Shown in pieces: positions 36,295 to 49,514 of a stretch of DNA of 64,000 nt. The notes beneath the pieces were generated by a model. It was not told the DNA's origin and ran no database searches. It was given only the letters and a program-made list of their open reading frames with translations. The translations under genes were made by a program, and so were the position numbers. Each line of letters starts with the position of its first letter. Position 1 is the first letter of the stretch. The stretch covers positions 191,890,001 to 191,954,000 of the forward strand of contig NW_027362770.1 of NCBI RefSeq assembly GCF_046119375.1, given 5' to 3'. The stretch comes from Phyllobates terribilis. Lineage: Eukaryota.

Positions 36295-37287
36295 TTACGC
36301 CTGGGGGTTGGCCCTCTGCCCCAGGTTGGGCCCGTTTAAATTACAGTACCTCGCAATATGTCCTGGCTGGCTGCAGTGGCGGCAGATGGGTTGTCCATCC
36401 TGGTCGTTGCGGTTCATTGGCTTCCCTCTGGACAGTGGGATCCTCTTCTGTCGGCGCCACGGGACGTCCTCCGGACTGGTAGCCAGCAGGATCTTTCCTG
36501 GAGAGGATACCTGCAACGACTGCACAGTCCTGGTTAGTGCGGCAACGCATTTAGTCAGTTCTTGGACATGATGGTGCAGGTCTGTAGACGGGGTACTATT
36601 CATGGTCTGTGCGTTGGCTCCTGCAGATTCTGTAGACTGGGGCGCCGCTTCCTGGTGATAAGTGATAGCAGGGCGCCTGGAGGCCGCAACGCCACCGGGT
36701 GCGGGTTGTCGGAGTACACGGATGGCTCTGTCCTTAAACTGTGCAGAGTCTAGCTCAGGGTTCTGCAGGGCCATCAGGCGTAACTGAGTTCGGTGGGCGC
36801 TGGACAGCAGACCCTCAATGAATTGTTCAGTCAGCAGTTTATCTGCATTCCTCACACTGTCAGGGTCTGCCTGCTTGATGGCTCTCAGGGCCTCTTGCAA
36901 GTTCAAAGCATAGTCTCTTATACTGTCTTTTGCCCGCTGCTTGCACCCATAAAATCTCATTTTGATCTCTGCTGAGGTGCGGGTATCAAAAGTGTCCTTT
37001 AGACGGGCCAAAATCTACTTCACGGTCCCCTTGTCCTTGACTGACCAGGACTTTACTTCTCGTTGGGCCGCGCCGGTTAACTGGCCTATCAGTATGGTCA
37101 CTTTTTGCTCCTCCGTCTGGGGGTACACCTTGAATATGCTATATACTCTCTCTTTAAAGTCGCTCAGGGTATGCGACTCCCCTCAGTACTGGGGCAACCA
37201 GGCCGCTCCGGGGATATAAGGCATCGTGAACGGCATTACTGCGGCAGCAGCCGTGCTGGCGGTGACAGTTCCCTCTGCTTCCGTCAT
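36295..37287 (-). pseudogene. Gypsy gag with CCHC zinc knuckle and two premature stops
   Basis: ATG at 37287 is in frame with ORF 36295-37011; TGA and TAG interrupt; CRHCSQPGHIARYC. Confidence 0.85.
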
Positions 37288-37545
37288 CCTCTTCCCCCCT
37301 AGTCAACCGTGGCCTACCTTCCGTTGCTTTCCTTCTGTAGGCCGCGGCTCTGCAGGCGATCGTCGGGGTTGAGGACCTTGTGTCGTGACCTGGTGACGTC
37401 AGCGTCCGCTCGGCTCCTTTCAGGACCTTGCGCAGCGAAAATGTCCGCGGATAGCGGGAAACGGATGCGGATGGCGGGAAACTCTACCAACATAAGCTTT
37501 ACAGTCTTTCTTCAGGCACGCAGTACCCATTGGTGGCGGGCACAA

Positions 37546-37564
37546 AATCCTGCCGACTACGCCA
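37546..37564 (-). promoter_or_regulatory. Primer-binding site complementary to tRNA-Ser
   Basis: Plus strand AATCCTGCCGACTACGCCA matches, from recall, the 3' end (with CCA) of vertebrate tRNA-Ser(AGA). It lies 5 nt inside the 5' LTR boundary. Confidence 0.85.
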
Positions 37565-37569
37565 AAAGT

Positions 37570-38605
37570 TGACGCGCCCCCTGGGCTGTGTGAGTGTGGG
37601 GATACCCGGAACCGGACCCGTTGCGGATGCTGGGTGTTTTAGTGCTCGTGTGGCGGGGACCCGGTCCCGTGGCTCAGGGTGGTCAACCCAAATGGCAGTC
37701 TATTTATAGGGTTTTGTGATATTAAATGTCCGATTACGCCACCAGTGGATTGTGGTCAGAGTGAACCGCCGCTGCAGGGCAGACCGCTGAGGCTGGTGTT
37801 GTGGGTGCAGCAGAACATAGTATAACTCCCCACGGGAGGAGTATAGCCTCAAGGCAGTAAATAGGGATGTTGGTGGTGATGGTGCGCGGGAGAAGCAGTA
37901 ACCACACGGAGTCTATCATGCAATTCAGGGTCTTTACTGTTGGTGGTATTAAGGGACCCGTCCGGAATACAGGTTAACAATGGAGGCCTGGTCAGTCTGA
38001 GAGCAACTGGGAAATCCTGCTGGTCAGGGGGAGTTTGTAGGCCTACCGTGCTGACTTCACTCTTTCTTGGCTATTCTGCTGTAGTGTAGTGGTAGCCCAC
38101 GTCTCTGAGTGTACCATGTTGTTATCACCCGTATGACTGGCGACTTGGGCCTTCCATACATCTCACCCCTCCGGGGTAGTAGTGGTCCCTCTCGTGTGGC
38201 TGAGCCTCTGGGCTTCCTTGGGCCAGAGGACTTGAAGTCCCCTGCGTGGTGGTTTTCTGCTGCTGAGCTTATAGCCCTCACAGCCTCGGACTCCAGTGTC
38301 CGGCTTTGTAAGTCTCTAGGCCGGATGAGCTCTGCTAGCTCCCCTCCTGGCCTCGTGTTCCTCCTCTGCCTACAGGGACTCCTCAGCCTGCTGCTGACCT
38401 GTCCCTATCTGCGGCATGTCTGGAAATTCTCTCTGGCTGGACTGACTAACCCCGCCCCAGATCCAGTTTATAAAGGGCAGGTTTCTCCCCTCCCTGGACG
38501 GAGACAGGAGGTGCTGAATGCTAATTGTCCCCAACCAGGGAACCTCCCACCTGCTCTCAGACATGACATTGCTGCCACTGTGGCAACCAGACCTGGGGTG
38601 CCACA
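37570..38605 (-). repeat. 5' LTR of the Gypsy element
   Basis: TGACGCGCCCC..GGGGTGCCACA; adjacent to the primer-binding site. Confidence 0.93.
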
Positions 38606-38689
38606 GCAGCAGTGAATATTCATTTTCTTTTATAGCGGGGAACAGTGTTGGCTGCAGCAGATGGCTCCTACGACGCTCCCCCCACTCCT

Positions 38690-38796
38690 CCCACCATCCA
38701 CAGCAACAGTACCTTTGGACGATAAGACACATCCCCCACTTTCCTCCAAAATTTTGGAGGAAAAAAGTGCGTCTTATAGTCCAAAAAATATGGTAA
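38690..38796. mobile_element. Terminus of a pogo/Tigger-like MITE
   Basis: GCGTCTTATAGTCCAAAAAATATGGTA; reverse complement resembles the TA-CCGTATTTTTCGGACTATAAGACG terminus. Confidence 0.55.
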
Positions 38797-39189
38797 TTTG
38801 CTTTGTTAAAAAATAATAAACATCACAAACGAGCAAATAACAGACATATTTGGTGTCTCTGTAATCCTAACGACCAGCAACACAACACAGCGATCAGATT
38901 ATGTACGGGGATCAGTAAAATGGCTTAAAAAACCAACGTGATTGTTATTTTTCCTCTATTAAACCCATAAAAAATGTAATAAATTGTAACGCTGAGGTCG
39001 TGTTCATATGAAGGGCCGCCATCAGTGCGTTACTGCCCTTACTAGTGTATGGGGCCCGGTGAGAAGAAGCAAAGAGGAGGGGCTCGGACCACAGAGCTCC
39101 TGTGCATAATGTCACTAGTGATCACTGTATTTCCTTTACACTATATACAGAGCTTCTGTATATAATGTCACTAGTGATCCCTGCATTAT

Positions 39190-40950
39190 CTGTACACTGA
39201 CACTATACACAGGAGCTCTGTATATAATGTGATATATTGAGGGTACACAGCACTATGTATATGGAGGGTATATAACACTATATGGGGTATACTGTGGGAT
39301 ATGGGGGGGTATACAGCAGGAAATGGAGGATATATAGCAGGGGTATACAGCAGGATATGGAGTGTACACAGCATGATATGGAGAGTATACAGCACTACAT
39401 GGAAGTATACAGCATGATATGGAGGGTATATAACACTATATGGGGTATACTGCAGGATATGGGGGGTATACAGCAGGATATGGAGGGTATATAGCACTAT
39501 ATGAGGTATATGTAGCACCCTGAGGATTCGGCTGCTACAGGGGTATTGCACCTCAACCCAGAGGTGTGATATTCCACTCCCGGGTAAGGATGGAGTGTGG
39601 GACTGAGTCCAGAAAGCTGCATGCACTACACACATCCCATTTCCGAGGAACAGACCAACGGTACTCCCACTTAGAAATGTGCAGGTACGACCGAGTCTGT
39701 TCCTGGCTGGAGTGGGAGGGGGGTGGTACATCCCAGTAGTGTAGGGGCAGATAGGGGGAGCAGCCTGGGTAAAGTTAGGAGCTCATTGGGTGCTGGTCAC
39801 CTGAGCTCACACATAGAGGGAGTATTTAAGGTGGGCACCATCAAAGATCAGGGTCAGTCAGTCAGTCTTTGCAGAGGAGTCAGTCTGCCACAGTCGGTCA
39901 GTCTGTCAGAGTCAGGAGGAAGCAGAGGTCCAGATGAGCCTGCAGAGAGAGAGTGGAGCAGAGAAGGAAAGACCCAGAGGGGAAAAGAAAGGACTCTGAG
40001 AACCCAAATTCAATCCCCGGGTGAAGAGTCGGCAATAGGGTACCGGATCCCAAACTGGTGGGGGCAAAAGCACACCCTAGCCAGAGACCGGAGGCCATGG
40101 GCAGCGTCTGCCACGGCCACCCACCACATCCACCCTGAAGGCAAACCACGTGTAGGGTCAGGGAACCCAAGGCCAAGGGTCTCCCAACAGAAGGCCCGAG
40201 GGAGCTGGACCTAGGTGGATCCCTGGTGGGGACGGCCAGAAGAAAGGACAAGAAGGAGGGCTCAGGGACACGCTCCGGACTTGCTTGGGGGTTGGCTGAA
40301 TCCAGGACCTGGTGGACGCAGCACGGCTCGGGTGGTCACTGAAGGCCGGAGTGACCGGAACATCAGCAGTAAGTAAATACCCTAAACTGCACAACCCGAC
40401 TCTGTCTTTACTTATCATCTACGCTGCACCACCACAACCCCCATCCTCTGCACCTGACCCCCTGAGGCCATACCCCTCCCGTTGGGGGTTATACCATCTA
40501 AAGCTGCACCAACACCATCAGCCTCAGCGGACCCTGCTGCAGCGGCGGCCGTAGTGACCGCAATCCAACGGGTGGCGTAGTCGACATAACGAACTTTGTA
40601 ACATCTGTAGGACTGCCACACACACTGAGTTTGACACCCTGGGCACGGACCGGGTCACAGCCACTCGGAGACTACAACCCCCATCTGATCCGGCTCCGGG
40701 TATTCCCCTAAAGAACATGGCCCAGGGGGCGCTTCATATACAGCAGGATATGGAGGGTATACAGAAAGATATGGAGTGTATATAGCACTATATGGGGTAT
40801 ACAGCAGGATATGGAGTGTACACAGCTCTTTGTGGAGAGTATAAATAGACGGTATATAGTACTATATGGGGGGTTACAGCAGTATATGGAGGTATACAGC
40901 AGGATATAGATGGCATATAGCTGTATATGGAGGTATACAGCACTATAGAC
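39190..40950. repeat. Low-complexity ATATGGAGGGTATACAGC(AGG) degenerate repeat, split by a solo LTR
   Basis: Repeat on both sides (39190-39510 and 40737-40950); related tracts at 45950-46260, 55840-55990 and 56940-57000. Confidence 0.75.
39511..40736 (+). mobile_element. Solo LTR (same Gypsy lineage)
   Basis: TGTAGCACCCTGAGG..CCCAGGGGGCGCTTCA; 4-bp duplication TATA (39507-39510 and 40737-40740). Confidence 0.9.
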
Positions 40951-40964
40951 CTGTCAGTGACCCG

Positions 40965-41350
40965 AGCAGCAGTCACCGGGGAGGAGTCAGCTCTGTGACC
41001 GGATGTAACATCCTCGCTCGGGAAAATGACAGGAAAAAGGGCGGGAAATTCAACCTCCCCAACAGTTCTGTGCTCCGCCCACATCTGAGGAGAAGCCGCA
41101 GCTCCTGCTGCTGGGGGAGGGGCTGCTGACCGCCCTGTGCCCGGATGGCTGCAGTCTGCTCTGCGGGGACTGGGAACATCGGCCACTAAAGGGTTAACAC
41201 CAAGTGTCTGCGGGGAGGAGCTGATCCTGTGCTGCCTGTGGGCGGAGCCATAGCCCTACTGAGCGCTGATTGGCTGAGCGCTGAATATGAAATCCCCGCA
41301 CAACGGCTGATAGTTCCTCCCGCTCTTTGTTCTCCTCAGTGTAACACGTG
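40965..41350 (+). pseudogene. H4 ghost locus: upstream and downstream flanks joined, gene absent
   Basis: GCGGGAAATTCAA..AACAGTTCTGTGCTC resembles 46418-46453 and is joined at 41075/41076 to CGCCCACATCT..GCTCCTGCTGCTGGGG, which resembles 46968 onward. Confidence 0.75.
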
Positions 41351-41357
41351 GTGCAGA

Positions 41358-41930
41358 GCGCTATATGGAGGGTAATAACATCATGTGGCCGTATACAGCG
41401 CTATATGGAGGGTAATAACATCATGTGGCCGTATACAGCGCTATATGGAGGGTAATAACATCGTGTGGCCGTATACAGCGCTATATGGAGGGTAATAACA
41501 TCGTGTGGCCGTATACAGCGCTATATGGAGGGTGATAACATCGTGTGGCCGTATACAGCGCTATATGGAGGGTGATAACATCATGTGGCCGTATACAGCG
41601 CTATATGGAGGGTAATAACATCATGTGGCCGTATACAGCGCTATATGGAGGGTAATAACATCATGTGGCCGTATACAGCTCTATATGGAGGGTGATAACA
41701 TCATGTGGCCGTATACAGCGCTATATGGAGGGTAATAACATCATGTGGCCGTATACAGCTCTATATGGAGGGTGATAACATCATGTGGCCGTATACAGCG
41801 CTATATGGAGGGTGATAACATCATGTGGCCGTATACAGCGCTATATGGAGGGTAATAACATCATGTGGCCGTATACAGCGCTATATGGAGGGTAATAACA
41901 TCGTGTGGCCGTATACAGCGCTATATGGAG
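41358..41930. repeat. 40-bp minisatellite (about 14 copies)
   Basis: GCGCTATATGGAGGGTAATAACATCATGTGGCCGTATACA. Confidence 0.95.
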
Positions 41931-42369
41931 GTGTTATATAGCGGTATATGGAGGGTAATGTCAGTACTTGGCCATAGACAGCATCATCTGGAGGAATACA
42001 GCGCTATACTGAGTGTATACAGTATTGTATCATAGTATATAGCCCCATATGGATTTATACTGTACTATAGTGACACTATGTCCAGCACACTATGGCAGTA
42101 TACCGCAGGCTGGGGACATGTACAGACCATATGTGTGATCAGTGTCCGAGTTTCCCCTCTGCTTCCGTCAGCAGCGCCATTATAGCAGTGTACGGGGATA
42201 TGGAAGCACAATGACATCGGAGGCCGCAACTGCAGAAGACTCTTGTAGACATGATGTGACCCTTTCATGCGTTAGCGCATCCTGTAACCAGTGTGAACTG
42301 CGGACACCCAGCAGCACTTCATGGAGGAGAGAACCATGAGATTACTATGAGTTGTGCGGAGCTCACTTT

Positions 42370-42963
<594 letters not shown>

Positions 42964-42993
42964 ATCTGCCCTGGGCACCAAAGACAACACAAA

Positions 42994-43009
42994 GGCTCTT
43001 CTCAGAGCC
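42994..43009 (+). terminator. Histone 3' stem-loop (H3)
   Basis: AAA-GGCTCT-TCTC-AGAGCC-ACCA. Confidence 0.92.
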
Positions 43010-43699
43010 ACCAAATCCTTCCACTAACGAGCCAATTCCTAAACTCCAGATCCTTCTGCCGCCTGGCTCCAGTGTTCTGCTGGTAATAGGTGGAGATGGT
43101 CCATCAACTCCTTCAGTTATGTGAGATTCATTCCTGGAAATCGAGTGGTCTCATAGGCGGAAATGGTTAATGTGACAAAAATACAAATCGCAGGGATGTC
43201 ATTGTCTTGTATTAGACATTTTTTCAGGGGATGCAGCTGCCCAGGGACTTGTTACATCCAGAGCTCCCCACTCCGTGATGACCCGTAGCGGTCGCCTGTC
43301 CTGACACCACGTGCCACATGGATGAAGGGGTTACTGCCTAACACTAATCTGGTGCTGACTGGGCGGAGCCATAGCCCTGCTTAGTGCTGATTGGCTGCCA
43401 ATGAATATGGAGTTCCCGCATAATGGTTGATGGTTACTTTCCTTTGTTCTCAGTGTAAAACGTGGTGTCAAGATGGCGGCTCTCAGGCTGTGAGTGAATA
43501 TTTGATATACAATATAGTCAGCACTATATCACCATGTGCTACAGTTTTAAGGGTAAACCGTATCCTATCGCTGTAGAGATCTATATGGAGGTATACAGTA
43601 ATAAATTTGCGTATAAAGCTTTATATGGGGTGTATACAACAATATGGATGATTAATGCACTACATGGAATGAGGCAATAAAGCGCTGTATGGAGGTATC

Positions 43700-44200
43700 C
43701 AATTATTTCTATAGCGCCAACATATTCAGCAGCATTGTACATGTTCACGTCAATTGTAAAGACATGATGAGAGGAGTGAGGGTCCTGCTGCTCACAAGAT
43801 TACAGGGAATAGGGTGGTCACAATAGGTAGAGTGTGCTTGTCATGTACGGTCCAGCCATCACAAGGCTTTTCATATAAAGCTGCATGATCCGGACTTCAT
43901 CCAGATACCCAGTGCTATTGGGTGCATGGAGGCTGTGGAGACAGATGAATAAGAGCGACAGATTCTAAGGAAATATCAGAGGGGGAGCGTTAGATTAATG
44001 AAGCATGGTGATCAGCGCATTCCAGAAACCTGGTGCAGCACAAGAGAAGTCCTGGATGAGAGAGTGGGAAATTCAGATTATGAAGGCTATTGTAAAATGG
44101 AGAGCATGGGTAAGGTAATAGACAAAGTATCCGACAGTGCATGGGTGGTAGAGAGCACTACATCACGGTGTACAGCACTATATGGCAGTATATAGCGCTA
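43700..44200 (-). mobile_element. L2 LINE 3' relic
   Basis: TATAGCGCCAACATATTCAGCAGCATTGTACA is the reverse complement of a typical amphibian L2 3' end; degenerate body follows. Confidence 0.5.
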
Positions 44201-44618
44201 TATCTTGTCTAGCAGTGATAATATGATTAAGAACTAGAGCACATCAGATTAGAAACGTACAATGTCCGCCCCACACCCCCAATTCATCACCTTCCTCTGA
44301 TCATATTCTCACTCATGTACAAGGTTTAATCCACTGTGAATGTGGACACAGTACTATATAGGGGGTATACAATATATACGGAGGATATACAGCACTAAAT
44401 GGGGGAGTATTCAGCAGTGTATGGGTGGTATACTGCACTATTTCTTAGTTTACAGCTTTATAAGAATGGAGGGCATATACACTATACAGCATATGACATT
44501 TATTGCACAATATGGTGTGTACATAGTGGGATAATTCATGCCCCTAGTGCTCTGCTCTTTGGGGACACGAGTGTTGGTAATTTCCCATCATTCATTAGTA
44601 TTTTGTCAATGTTCACAC

Positions 44619-44730
44619 CAGAGATCAGCGGCGCCAGCTCTTGTGGTGACAGAGAACTCTCTTATACAAGGTTTCCTGCGCCTTGTATAACCTGCTGCTG
44701 CCCCGCCTCCTCTCCTACCATTGGCTGGAT
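44619..44730 (-). pseudogene. H2A ghost: downstream element joined to the promoter, CDS and stem-loop deleted
   Basis: GAGATCAGCGGCGCCAGCTCTTGTGGTGAC (identical to 54095-54124) is joined at 44650/44651 to AGAGAACTCTCTT (resembles 54616 onward). About 491 bp are missing. Confidence 0.85.
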
Positions 44731-44880
44731 ATAAAGTCACCAATGGAAACAAGACTTGTGGAAACACCAATGAGCTGCAGTGGGCGGAGATTATTAGTGA
44801 ACATTGGTCACATGATTTTCTCACCCAATAGTACAGTGATCTGACAGCATTGCTCATTTGCATGGCCGGTCTATAAATAC
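44720..44880. promoter_or_regulatory. H2A/H2B bidirectional promoter, copy 1
   Basis: CCAAT boxes, octamer ATTTGCAT at 44856-44863, TATAAATA at 44872. Confidence 0.85.
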
Positions 44881-44923
44881 GGCCGCTCTGGGAGGAGCAG
44901 GATCATTATTCTTTCTCCAGTGA

Positions 44924-45325
<402 letters not shown>

Positions 45326-45356
45326 TCTGCTCCAAGCTCTGTACCCACAACCCAAA

Positions 45357-45398
45357 GGCTCTTCTAAGAGCCACCCACCCCGTCTACATCAGAGCTGT
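45357..45398 (+). terminator. Histone 3' stem-loop and histone downstream element (H2B copy 1)
   Basis: GGCTCT-TCTA-AGAGCC-ACCCA, then CAGAGCTGT. Confidence 0.92.
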
Positions 45399-46393
45399 GG
45401 CTGCTTGTCTGTCCTGCTGCACCAACCTGCAGAAGAGATGACCTGCAATAATAATGTTCTGCTCCTCTTTCCAGGGGACATTTGGCTGCACAGATCTGGC
45501 CATAAAGCGCTGGGCAGAAGGGGAGGATTAGAAGAAGGAGATGAAGTTGGGGAGAGTGATGAGGTTAGTAGCAGTGAGATGTAGGATATTCCGCATCCAA
45601 TCTGACAATAAAAGGTCAGATGCAGGCAGCCATAAATACTCCATTGCCCTTCACACATGGAATCCTGTTCTCTCCCAGAACACTGGGTCCTAGTGCCCTC
45701 TGTTTCCATTGTTCTGCTGCCAATAGATGGAGATGGGCTGTTAACTCTTTCAGTGCTCGGCACGTTTCCAGCACTTTCTCGCTGATCCTCCTCTGATGTT
45801 ACACACCTTTTGCTCCGCAGACTGGTGAAGGCACCTGGTCAATAAGCTCCTAAAGATTGATCGATTTTTAGGTCTGAATCTCACATTGTGATTAATGGAG
45901 AAGCCGATCACTTGTTTATCGCAGCAGGAGCTGAAACAGATAAATGTGCAAAGAACAATATGGAGGGTATACAGGAGTATATGGAGGGTATACAGCTCTA
46001 TATGGAGGAATACAGGAGTATATAGAGGGTATACAACAGGGTATGGAGTGTACACTGCACTATATGGAGGGGATATAGGGGTATACAGCAGGATATGGGG
46101 AAACTGTATATGGAGTTTATACAGCGCTATATAGGGGTATACAGCAGGATATGGGGGATATATAGCAGTATATGGAGGGTATACAGCACTATATGGGGAA
46201 ACTGTATATGGAGTTATACAGCGCTATATAGGGGTATACAGCAGGATATGGAGCTTATACATCACTGGATGGAGGAGAGTATATAACTCTAGACCTCACA
46301 GTGATTGATTTCCAGGTGTCACAGTGTAATTCCTCCGAGCAGGATGTCACCAGAGAGGAATCAGGGCTGTGACTATTTCCACCATCACAGTAG

Positions 46394-46924
<531 letters not shown>

Positions 46925-46952
46925 TGCTTCTGTTCTGCTCTAACAACACAAA

Positions 46953-46968
46953 GGCTCTTCTCAGAGCC
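46953..46968 (+). terminator. Histone 3' stem-loop (H4)
   Basis: AAA-GGCTCT-TCTC-AGAGCC-GCCCA. Confidence 0.9.
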
Positions 46969-47579
46969 GCCCACATCTTCTGAGGAGGAGCTCCTGCTGC
47001 TGGGGAGGGCGAGGGGCTGGAGACCCCCTGTGCTGGGGTGACTGCAGGCTGCTGCTCCAGGGGCGGCTGGAGACATCGCAGGCGCTAATGGGTTAACACT
47101 GAGGAGCTGCCTGTGGGTGGAGCCATAGCCCTGCTGAGCGCTGATTGGCTGAGCACTGAGTGTGTGATTCCTGCACTGAGGCTGATCTCTTCTGCTCTGT
47201 GTTCTCTGTGTAACATGTGGTGTCAGGATGGCGGCGGTTGCCGGGTGACTGAATATCTCACATCTGGTTACTCCGCACTGTGGAGGGTGTACAGTACAGT
47301 ATGGGCATCTACCGCCCACTGAGTGTATACAGCACTAGATGAATGGTATCATGAGGGAAACTTGTTTTCTGTATATTCCATCTTGTTCCCTGAATTACCC
47401 AAGTACTTGGACCCCTCCCACCTCAACCTTAAATACAAGACTGCAGGTCATATCCATTGTGCATGTCAGGACCACCCTGAATACTTGCAATTCCTTTGTT
47501 TCCTGTCTATATAAACCTGTGAGTCTAAGCTGAAATTTACATTGTGTATACAGTTATCTGCAAAATAATAGTGTTAAAA

Positions 47580-49514
47580 ACAACCATCAGCAGAGCGCTG
47601 TTTACATTTGGCACCAATGTCGCTGATTGGTCGCATCTGGCGTCCGCGACCAATCAGCAGAGCGCTGTTTACATTTGGCACCTATGTCGCTGATTGGTCG
47701 CATCTGGTGTCCGCGACCAATCAGCAGAGCGTTGTTTAAATTTGGCTCCAAGCTCGCTGCTTGCTGGCCGCAACCAATCAGCACAGCAGTGTTTAAATGT
47801 GGCGTCAACATCGGTGATTGGTCGCGGGCGCTATTTAAATGTGGCGCCCAAATCGGTGATTGGTCGCGGGCAGCGGCCGCGACCAATCAGCACAGCGGTG
47901 TTTAAATTTTGCACCAAGATCACTGATTGGTCGGGTGCGGAGACCGCGACCAATCAGCAAATCGTATTGTGAGGACCGGGGAGCGGCGCTGCCTGTGCGG
48001 CTACCTCCGCTGCGAGAAGCCGGGACATGAGCGACTGCTCGCAGCAGAAGTATCCCGACCCGCAGCGCCGCTCACCCTAGCCGCTGATCTCCCGACACTA
48101 GCCGCATGGTGTTACTAAGGTCCGGAAAATTTGTGTTCAAAACCGCTGATTGGTCGCGGGCGCTGTCCGCGACCAAACACCCATTTGGGCACCACATTTA
48201 AATATCGCCCGCGACCAATCACCGATCTTGGAGCCACATTTAAACACCGCTGTGCTAATTGGTCGCGGATGCTGCACAGCAGTGTTTAACTTTTGCAGCA
48301 AGATCAGTGATTGGTCGCGGCCGAAGACCGCGACCAATCACCGATTTGTGCGCCACATTTAAATAGCGGCCGCAACCAATAACCGATTTGGGCGCCACAT
48401 TTAAATAGCAACCGCGACCAATCAGCACAGCGGTGTTTAAATGTGTCTGCAAGATGGGTGATTGTTCGCGGCCGCTATTTAAATGTGTCGCCCAAATCGG
48501 TGATTGGTCGCGGGCAGCGTCCGCGACCAATCAGCACGGCAGTGTTTAACTTTTGCAGCAAGATCAGTGATTGGTCGCGGCCGAAGACCACGACCAATCA
48601 CCGATTTGTGTGCCACATTTAAATAGCGGCCGCGACCAATCACCGATCTTGCAGAGACATTTAAACCCCGCTGTGCTGATTGGTCGCCGACGCTGCCCGC
48701 GACCAATCTCCGATTTGGGCGCCACATTTAAATAGCGCCGGCGACCAATCACCGATGTTGACGCGACTTGTAAACACTGCTGTGCTGATTGGTCGCTTCC
48801 AGCAATCAGTGAGATTGACGCCAAATTTAAACAACGCTCTGCTGATTGGGCGCGGCTGCCAGCCACGACCAATCAGCGAGATTGGCTCCAAATTTAAACA
48901 ACACTCTGCTGATTGATTGCTGTCGGCCGCCGCGACCAATCAGCAGTATTGGCGCCAAATTTAAACACCGCTCTGCTGATTTGTCGCGGTCGCCCACGAC
49001 GACCAATCAACAACATTAGCGCCAAATTTTAACAACGCTCTGCTGATTGGTTGCGGACGGCGGCCGCGACCAATCAGCAATATTGGCGCCAAATTTAAAC
49101 ACCGCTCTGCTGATTTGTCGCGGTCGCCGGCGGCGACGAATCAGCAATATTGGCCCCAAATTTTAACAACGCTCTGCTGATTGGTCGCAACCGCCGGACA
49201 CGACCAATCAGCAGTATTGGCGCCAAATTTAAACCCCGCTCTTTTGATTGGTCGCGTTCGTTGCCCGCGACCAATCAGCATTATTGGCGCCAAATTTAAA
49301 CCCCGCTCTGCTGATTAGTCGCGACCGCCGGCCGTGACCAATCTGCGATATAGGCGCCAAATTTTAACACCGCTTTGGTGATTGGTCACGGTTGCCGGCC
49401 TCGACCAATCAGCGATTTTGGCGCCAAATTTAAATACCGCTCTGCTGATTGCGCCCTGTCGGCCGCATACATATTCTAGAATACCCGATGCATTTGAATC
49501 GGGCCACCATCTAC
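47580..49514. mobile_element. Non-autonomous Helitron derivative (CCAAT array), 5' end not visible
   Basis: Same array as 28480-30696; ends ATACCCGATGCATTTGAATCGGGCCACCATCTAC. Confidence 0.8.

Larger units (their letters stand above)
30697..38605 (-). mobile_element. Full-length Ty3/Gypsy LTR retrotransposon (decayed)
   Basis: Two LTRs of about 1.04 kb, primer-binding site, polypurine tract, and gag-PR-RT-RH-INT order on the minus strand. Confidence 0.97.

Noticed and set aside
37546-37564. tRNA-Ser gene
   Set aside because: Only the 3' 19 nt including CCA are present, next to an LTR; this is a primer-binding site.
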